64,000 bases of DNA from Candidatus Thorarchaeota archaeon (GTDB lineage: Archaea > Asgardarchaeota > Thorarchaeia > Thorarchaeales > Thorarchaeaceae): NCBI GenBank assembly GCA_029858305.1, contig JAOUFI010000002.1, forward strand, positions 32,001 to 96,000, written 5' to 3'. Positions 58,231 through 64,000 of the stretch are shown piece by piece. The notes under the pieces are model-generated. The model had not been told where the DNA came from, did no database searches, and saw only the letters and a list, made by a program, of their open reading frames with translations. Made by a program: the position numbers and the translations under genes. Every line of letters begins with the position of its first letter. The first letter of the stretch is position 1.

Positions 58231-58963
58231 CCAAGTATTCATTGTATCAATGATTCTGGTTTTCATCTATTGGATTCTTTTGCTCACAAATCCCTATTCG
58301 ACCAGTCTACTTGCTAATTTCTTTGATTGGATTGCTGATGTTGCTATCGTTTTAGGATATCCTGGTACTTTCCTGGCGAGTCTGTTTGGAAGCGCGAGCG
58401 TGGTTGTGGAGATACCTTTTGCAGGGGTGCCATTTGTCCTTGGAGGTTTAAGGGATGGAATATCAGGACCGTTCATCTTTGACCCTTGGATACTTGGCCT
58501 GCTTTCCGGAATAGGGGCTACAATTGGTGATATGACCAGCTATGCCCTCGGATACGCTGGGAGAAGACTTGTCGATGAAGCTAGTACAAGTGGCTTTAGC
58601 AAGTTCGTTCAGGACTATCCAAGAGCAACTCCACTGGTAATCTTCGTATTGGCATCGACGCCACTACCTCTTGACCCTGCTGTCGTTGCTTTGGGAGTGG
58701 CGAGATATACATGGTGGAAATTATTCATACCATGCCTTATTGGAGAGATTATCTTTTTGACTGCGATCTCCTGGAGCGGCAGATTGAGCTTGGATTGGAT
58801 TTTGGGTCTATTGGGTATTGATGGTCCTGTCACACCGCTGTCTGCAACTATAGAGGTATTTGGGATTATTATCTTGATACTTACAGTCTATTTAGCTGTC
58901 CGACTCGATTGGGCAACAATTGGCAAGAAACTAAGACCGACCCATGGAATCACCAACGAGTAG
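58217..58963 (+). CDS. DedA/VTT membrane protein, tandem paralog
   Basis: GATIGDMTSYALGYAG, STPLPLD; ATG 58217 overlaps the previous gene end. Confidence 0.85.
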   Translation: MRRADQVFIVSMILVFIYWILLLTNPYSTSLLANFFDWIADVAIVLGYPGTFLASLFGSASVVVEIPFAGVPFVLGGLRDGISGPFIFDPWILGLLSGIGATIGDMTSYALGYAGRRLVDEASTSGFSKFVQDYPRATPLVIFVLASTPLPLDPAVVALGVARYTWWKLFIPCLIGEIIFLTAISWSGRLSLDWILGLLGIDGPVTPLSATIEVFGIIILILTVYLAVRLDWATIGKKLRPTHGITNE

Positions 58964-58964
58964 G

Positions 58965-59897
58965 TTAATCCTCATCATCAGTCTGTTCCTCCGCATAAAA
59001 TCCAGAAAAGAAATCGTGTCCTGCTTTTGTGACCGAGATAATCCCATCCTTCAAAAGATTGCTAATGGCAGTAAGATTCAGACCTGAAGATGTGAGCGGT
59101 ACTTTGAGCATGCCAATGTCGTTCATCTCTCCAAGTAGTTGGATGAATGCATTCAGTCTGTAAAGGGCAAAAAGACCAACACATTTAGAAAATGCCCGCT
59201 TGATACCTTCAACCACAGCTTGTTTGGGGTCATCAAATTCAGCAAGTGCTTTTTCAATCTCCAAAAATGTGCAACACATGGTAATTGAATTCTCATCAGG
59301 TGAATCCTGAAAATGGCCTGGTGCCTCAAGGAGAAACGGATCTCTGAAACGATTTAAAATCTTTAATCTCACAGACTCATCTGGGATTGACCACCAAGAT
59401 CGTAGATGCTGATCGGAGAGTGGTTTCACTTCAAGATTCTTGTCCCGGGAGCTTTCTGAAATAAGAGAAGGGATGAAAGAATGCCAGCCAGGAATCATTC
59501 TCAGTCCGAGATTGCCACCAAGGGGTAATTCATAGTCAAGTCTTCTTGAGCAGTAATGAACGAGGTCATAGATTGCATATTTTCTACGCTTATCAAGAAA
59601 GACAAAGATTGGCTCATAGTCACCCTCATGTGCAGGAACTGCTTGATAGTCCCATACATAGAGATATTGAAGGCAAACAAGGTCAGGAATTTCCGATGAT
59701 TTCAAAATTCTGCCGTAGACTCCGATGAACTGAGTTTCTCGGAGGGCGGTTCGAATTCCCTCTGGAATAACCGCGCCAAGACTATCAGCAAGAGCTCTGT
59801 CTCCACGATTCACACCAGAAGTCACAGGAAGGTACCTCTCGAGTAGAACTTGGTCATATTCGGCCTTTAGTCCTCGGTGATGTTCTGTGAAAGTCAT
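58965..59897 (-). CDS. Hypothetical protein with HEGDYE motif
   Basis: LQYLYVWDYQ...HEGDYEPIFVF; ATG 59897 preferred, track extends to 60047. Confidence 0.65.
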   Translation of the reverse strand: MTFTEHHRGLKAEYDQVLLERYLPVTSGVNRGDRALADSLGAVIPEGIRTALRETQFIGVYGRILKSSEIPDLVCLQYLYVWDYQAVPAHEGDYEPIFVFLDKRRKYAIYDLVHYCSRRLDYELPLGGNLGLRMIPGWHSFIPSLISESSRDKNLEVKPLSDQHLRSWWSIPDESVRLKILNRFRDPFLLEAPGHFQDSPDENSITMCCTFLEIEKALAEFDDPKQAVVEGIKRAFSKCVGLFALYRLNAFIQLLGEMNDIGMLKVPLTSSGLNLTAISNLLKDGIISVTKAGHDFFSGFYAEEQTDDED

Positions 59898-60050
59898 CTC
59901 ATTGACTCTCGGTTTTATGCGAAGTTGTTCAGAGTATTCCTTTTCAACCAAGTCTTGTTTCCTCTTTCCATAAAACGTATAGATGAGATTATAGATATTG
60001 TGACAGAAATTGGAGAGAAGGGTGGTACTGGTAACCACCCAGTTCATATT

Positions 60051-60440
60051 TTAAGCTGGTTTGAAAGCGAGATATGTTGCTCCAGATTTACCTTTCTCAT
60101 AATCCAACTTTAGATTAATGCCAAGTCTAACTTGCTCGGGCTTCAAGGGATCGAATCCTAGAAGACGGGCACTGACACGTGTACCTTCAGCAAGTTCTAC
60201 GATTGCCACATAATAGGGAGCTTCTTCTGCAAATTGGTCAGGGGCGACATGAATTACTGTGAATGAAACGAGTTTTCCTTTTCCACTGACTTCTGCCCAT
60301 TTCATATTACTACTACCACAGCCGTAGCATGAACCGGATGGAGGAGCGATTATCATTCCGCAATCTACACACTTGTATGCTTTAAAGTGACCTTCTTCAA
60401 TATTCTTTAGGTATGCTTCTATGGTTGGTTTCTCACTCAT
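60051..60440 (-). CDS. DUF35 Zn-ribbon/OB-fold protein (thiolase partner)
   Basis: CVDCG..PP...CYGC, GKLVSFTVIH, PY.VAIVEL.EG. Confidence 0.92.
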   Translation of the reverse strand: MSEKPTIEAYLKNIEEGHFKAYKCVDCGMIIAPPSGSCYGCGSSNMKWAEVSGKGKLVSFTVIHVAPDQFAEEAPYYVAIVELAEGTRVSARLLGFDPLKPEQVRLGINLKLDYEKGKSGATYLAFKPA

Positions 60441-61609
60441 AGATCAGCCCTCCTCATGATATTCACTACGCACGTTGCACCTGTGCCACCAAAATTATGC
60501 ATTAAAGCAGTATCATGATTAGCAACTTGATTCGGTCCTGCATCGCCGATTAGCTCCCTGTAGATAACAACAGCTTGCTTGACTCCAGTTGCACCAACTG
60601 GGTGCCCTACTGCTTTCAGACCACCCATTGGATTGATAGGTTTATCACCATCAAGAGCAGTAATCCCATCACGAACCGCTTTTGCACCTTCTCCCGGTTT
60701 GAAGAATCCGATGTCCTCACTAGCAATTATCTCAGCAATTGTGAAACAGTCATGAACAACTGCAAAGTCCATGTCTTTTGGTTTAAGTCCAGCCATTTTG
60801 TATGCTTGTCGGCTTGCATCTACAGAAGCACTAAAGCTGGTCAAATCTGATCGATCACAAAGATTCATCGAAGCAGATGCCTGTCCTGTACCAGTAATTT
60901 TGACTGGGAGGTCGGTGTATTTCTTTGCTTTCTCATTCGAAGTAAGTACGAGTGCCGCTGCACCATCTGAGATGGGTGAACAATCAAACAGCTTGAGAGG
61001 CCAAGCAACATATCGCGGTGTCATTGCCTTCTCAAGGGTAATCTCTTTTTGGAACTGAGCCAATGGATTGGTTGCAGCATTCTTGTGAGCCTTTACAGCC
61101 ACTAATGCCATATCCTCTTCTGTGGTTCCATACTTTTGCATATGAGCAACAGCAGCGATTGCAAAGACACCAGGGAAGGTCAAGCCAATGCTTGATTCAA
61201 ATTGATCATCTGCAGCTGCAGCAAGTGCTTCTGTTACTTTACTGGTCGACACCGAAGTCATCTTTTCAACACCAGCAACAAGAACTGTGTCATAGAGTCC
61301 AGATTCGATTGCCATGATAGCTGCACGTAGTGCTGTTGCACCTGATGCGCATGCATCCTCGTGACGTGTAGCAGGTATACCCTTTAGACCTGCAAAATCA
61401 AGTAATAGTGGCGCCGTATGCCCCTGATGAACCAACATCTCTGGAATAAAACTACCAATAAAAGCCGCTTGAATATCCTTCTTGGGTATTCCAGCATGAA
61501 TCGTTGCTTTGTCCACAGCCTCAGAGAAAATCTCTCTCAGCGTGACGCCTGTAAGAGCTCCAAATTTTGTTTGCGCTGCACTTACTATGTTTGTATTGTT
61601 CAAAGGCAA
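60437..61609 (-). CDS. Archaeal/SCP2-type thiolase
   Basis: EDACASG, GVEKM, CSPISDGAAA, VHDCF, GHPVGATG, HNFGG. Confidence 0.93.
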   Translation of the reverse strand: MPLNNTNIVSAAQTKFGALTGVTLREIFSEAVDKATIHAGIPKKDIQAAFIGSFIPEMLVHQGHTAPLLLDFAGLKGIPATRHEDACASGATALRAAIMAIESGLYDTVLVAGVEKMTSVSTSKVTEALAAAADDQFESSIGLTFPGVFAIAAVAHMQKYGTTEEDMALVAVKAHKNAATNPLAQFQKEITLEKAMTPRYVAWPLKLFDCSPISDGAAALVLTSNEKAKKYTDLPVKITGTGQASASMNLCDRSDLTSFSASVDASRQAYKMAGLKPKDMDFAVVHDCFTIAEIIASEDIGFFKPGEGAKAVRDGITALDGDKPINPMGGLKAVGHPVGATGVKQAVVIYRELIGDAGPNQVANHDTALMHNFGGTGATCVVNIMRRADL

Positions 61610-61770
61610 CTTATGATTCCACCTCTACTACTGAACCCCAAACCGTGAAAACAGCTATAAAAACTATAATGAATGACGCATTATTCTTGTTATTAATGAA
61701 AAAAACTGCAGTAAAAGCCCCCTCCGAAGAGATAATAAGCTGTTTTCGAAGCGGGCTCTTGTGATTTGCT

Positions 61771-62973
61771 ATGGACTTTTCACTATCTGATAAGGAACAG
61801 AAGCTTTGGGAGAGAGCCAAGGCATTCACGATGGAATACATTACACCTCGTGCTATTGAATTAGAGAAGAGAAATGAATTTCCAAAGGAGGTTGTTCATA
61901 AAGCCTTCGAGGCAGGACTCATGAACCTTCATATTCCAACAGAAGCAGGAGGACCTGGACTGTCTCTAGTTTCTGAAACACTCGTTTCAGAGGCCACTGG
62001 TTATGGGTGTGCTGGAATGGCAACATCAATCATGTGCAACAATCTAGCATTTGCACCACTTGTGATAGGCGCTACCATTGAGCAGCTTCAGACATACGTA
62101 GAACCTTTAATCACAGGAAAGGAGCCAAAATTCGGAGCATTCTGTTTGACTGAACGCATGGCAGGTTCAGATGCTGGAGCTGTGGCTACTAGAGCAGAGC
62201 GAGCTGGTGACGAGTATATCATAAACGGAGTCAAGTGCTTTATCACAAATGCACCCCAGGCTTCACTTTTCACAGTCTTTGCTTCAACGCAACCAGAGCT
62301 TAAAGCTAAGGGTCTTTCAGTATTCATGGTCCCCAAGAGCAAAGCGGTAAAGATTGGGCTTATTGAGAACAAGATGGGACAGAATAATTCTGTTCAAAGT
62401 GAAGTCATTTTTGATGATGCCCATGTGCCCAAGGAGTGCTTGGTTGGAAAGGAAGGAGATGGCTTCAAGATAGCAATGACTACTCTTGATAAGACAAGAG
62501 CAGGGATTGCAGCCATTGCAACAGGAGTAGCCCAGCGAGCTGTTGATGAGGCTGCTAAGTTCGCAAATATCCGCCATCAGTTTGGACAACCAATTGGCAG
62601 TTTTCAGGGTATTAGTTTCATGCTTGCAGACATGGGTGCAAGAGCAGCAGCAGCAAGACAACTAACTCGTTATGCAGCATGGATGGCTGATCAGGACATG
62701 CGTAACTCCAAAGACTCTGCTTTTGCGAAGTTCTTTGCTTCAGACGCCGCTATGCAGAATGCAACGGATGCAGTGCAAATCATGGGTGGCTATGGATATC
62801 TAAGTGAGTACCCTGTTGAGAAACTCATGCGAGATGCAAAGCTCTTACAGATCTATGAGGGAACAAATCAGATTCAGCGCCTTGTAGCAAGTGGTAATAT
62901 ACTCAAGGAAAGCGCCAACTTAGAAACAGGATTCCATGTCAAATATGATGGACGCGATGCGCCATTAATGTAG
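61771..62973 (+). CDS. Acyl-CoA dehydrogenase
   Basis: FCLTE..AGSD, NGVKCFITNA, R.QFGQPI, QIMGGYGY, IYEGTNQIQR. Confidence 0.95.
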   Translation: MDFSLSDKEQKLWERAKAFTMEYITPRAIELEKRNEFPKEVVHKAFEAGLMNLHIPTEAGGPGLSLVSETLVSEATGYGCAGMATSIMCNNLAFAPLVIGATIEQLQTYVEPLITGKEPKFGAFCLTERMAGSDAGAVATRAERAGDEYIINGVKCFITNAPQASLFTVFASTQPELKAKGLSVFMVPKSKAVKIGLIENKMGQNNSVQSEVIFDDAHVPKECLVGKEGDGFKIAMTTLDKTRAGIAAIATGVAQRAVDEAAKFANIRHQFGQPIGSFQGISFMLADMGARAAAARQLTRYAAWMADQDMRNSKDSAFAKFFASDAAMQNATDAVQIMGGYGYLSEYPVEKLMRDAKLLQIYEGTNQIQRLVASGNILKESANLETGFHVKYDGRDAPLM

Positions 62974-62983
62974 TTCGCGAGGA

Positions 62984-63014
62984 ATGACCGGCATGATTTC
63001 TATAGACCGGTCAT
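62984..63014 (+). terminator. Inverted repeat downstream of the acyl-CoA dehydrogenase gene
   Basis: ATGACCGG...CCGGTCAT followed by a pyrimidine-rich tract. Confidence 0.4.
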
Positions 63015-63108
63015 CTCCATTCCTCTGTTTCCAACTATTGCATTGATGGGTTACTTACTTAAGTACAAATAAATCAGGCGAGAGTGTCAAAGACTGGAGG
63101 TTCCCACC

Positions 63109-63858
63109 TTGGAAGACAATGAAGCAATCAAGGTGATCAAGAATCGTCGTGCAATACGAGATTATAGTACTTCAAGAGATGTGCCCGACGATTTGATCTA
63201 CAAAATTATAGAGGCTGGTGGTTATGCGCCGAGCGCGGAAAACCAACAGCCTTGGAGAGTTATCGTAGTCCGTGATAAGAGACTACAGGAATTCATTGGG
63301 CAAATTGCTGTGGACCGAACAATTCTGCTCTTTGGTCGTGCTACTCCGAGGGAAGAACTTGAGCGGAGGTTGAGCTATATTGAATCAAAGGCAAGTCTTG
63401 AACGGACTATTGACATTCTTATCTCTGGGCAACGATTCGAATACATCAAGGGAAAATCTGAAACCAACGGTGCCCCTGTTCTCCTTGTTCTTGCTGTTGA
63501 TCAGACTCATGTAGGTAACTCACAGCCCACCCTAAGAGGAACAGGTGGAGTATACGGATGGTCAGGACCTAGGCATGCTGTCATTGCGGGTTCGATGATG
63601 ATGGAAAACATGGCGCTAGCCGCAGCATCAATGGGTATTGGCAGCTGCGTGTCTTCAGTTCAGCTTGATCACTTTGATGATGTCGGAGCCATCTCAGAGA
63701 AGCTAGGTATTCCTTTCCCACATTGGGTACCTATTCTATGCCTCACTCTTGGATATGCAAAATATGATAGAACCCTTGGGCCACCAAGACAAGGTCCCGA
63801 AGAGATTGCTTTTCTGAATAGATGGGGAGAGCCCTTTGTGAAGGAGGCTAAGAGATGA
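63109..63858 (+). CDS. Nitroreductase-family protein
   Basis: RRAIRDY, APSAENQQPW, NMALAAASMGIGSC, LGY. Confidence 0.9.
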   Translation: MEDNEAIKVIKNRRAIRDYSTSRDVPDDLIYKIIEAGGYAPSAENQQPWRVIVVRDKRLQEFIGQIAVDRTILLFGRATPREELERRLSYIESKASLERTIDILISGQRFEYIKGKSETNGAPVLLVLAVDQTHVGNSQPTLRGTGGVYGWSGPRHAVIAGSMMMENMALAAASMGIGSCVSSVQLDHFDDVGAISEKLGIPFPHWVPILCLTLGYAKYDRTLGPPRQGPEEIAFLNRWGEPFVKEAKR

Positions 63859-64000
63859 ACGATCTGGAAATCCTTAGGAAAGGCTTTGTCGCCTTCATTG
63901 ACGGGCTTTGGTGGGGCCTTCGTGATAACACTGGAGCCCTCTCAATGTACGAAGGTTATAGTGGCGGGTTCAGACAGATGGGGGAAGAGATTGCTGAGTC
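63855..64000 (+). CDS. Partial hypothetical protein (runs off window)
   Basis: ATGA overlap with the nitroreductase stop, SD AGGAGG; MNDLEILRKGFVAFIDGLWWGLRD... Confidence 0.7.
   Translation, partial: MNDLEILRKGFVAFIDGLWWGLRDNTGALSMYEGYSGGFRQMGEEIAE

Noticed and set aside
61567-61841. Short ORFs across the thiolase/acyl-CoA dehydrogenase intergenic region
   Set aside because: AT-rich divergent promoter region; the ORFs overlap real genes.

Overview
Archaeal chromosomal window, most likely an Asgard archaeon and possibly Thorarchaeia. This is inferred from TATA/BRE promoters, ZPR1, DUF2070, DUF35/thiolase, longin-domain proteins, a WD40-PCI-like protein and giant Ig-like surface proteins. 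It opens with the C-terminus of an Smc5/6-type ATPase, then a kleisin-like gene and a KITE-like gene. Two things that the ORF track misses stand out. (1) A chain of five closely spaced 32-42 aa ORFs (2239-2814, minus strand) lies directly upstream of a DHA3-type MFS exporter; three of them share the motif [LI]ST[ED]A-x-x-[YW]AY-x(1-3)-[RK]R-stop. (2) Two tandem, separately promoted, structured putative ncRNAs (4023-4116, 4249-4384) share a ~26-nt pyrimidine-rich core. The rest holds hppA, accessory genes beside tRNA-Ala(UGC) with duplicated att-like 3' ends, a PadR/heterodimeric ABC exporter, ubiX, two eight-zinc-finger proteins with coatomer/adaptin-appendage-like ends, three apparent pseudoenzymes (HD, M28, LarA), porDAB, two giant paralogous surface proteins with different cytoplasmic domains, and thiolase/acyl-CoA dehydrogenase genes. 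All calls are by eye; no database searches were run.
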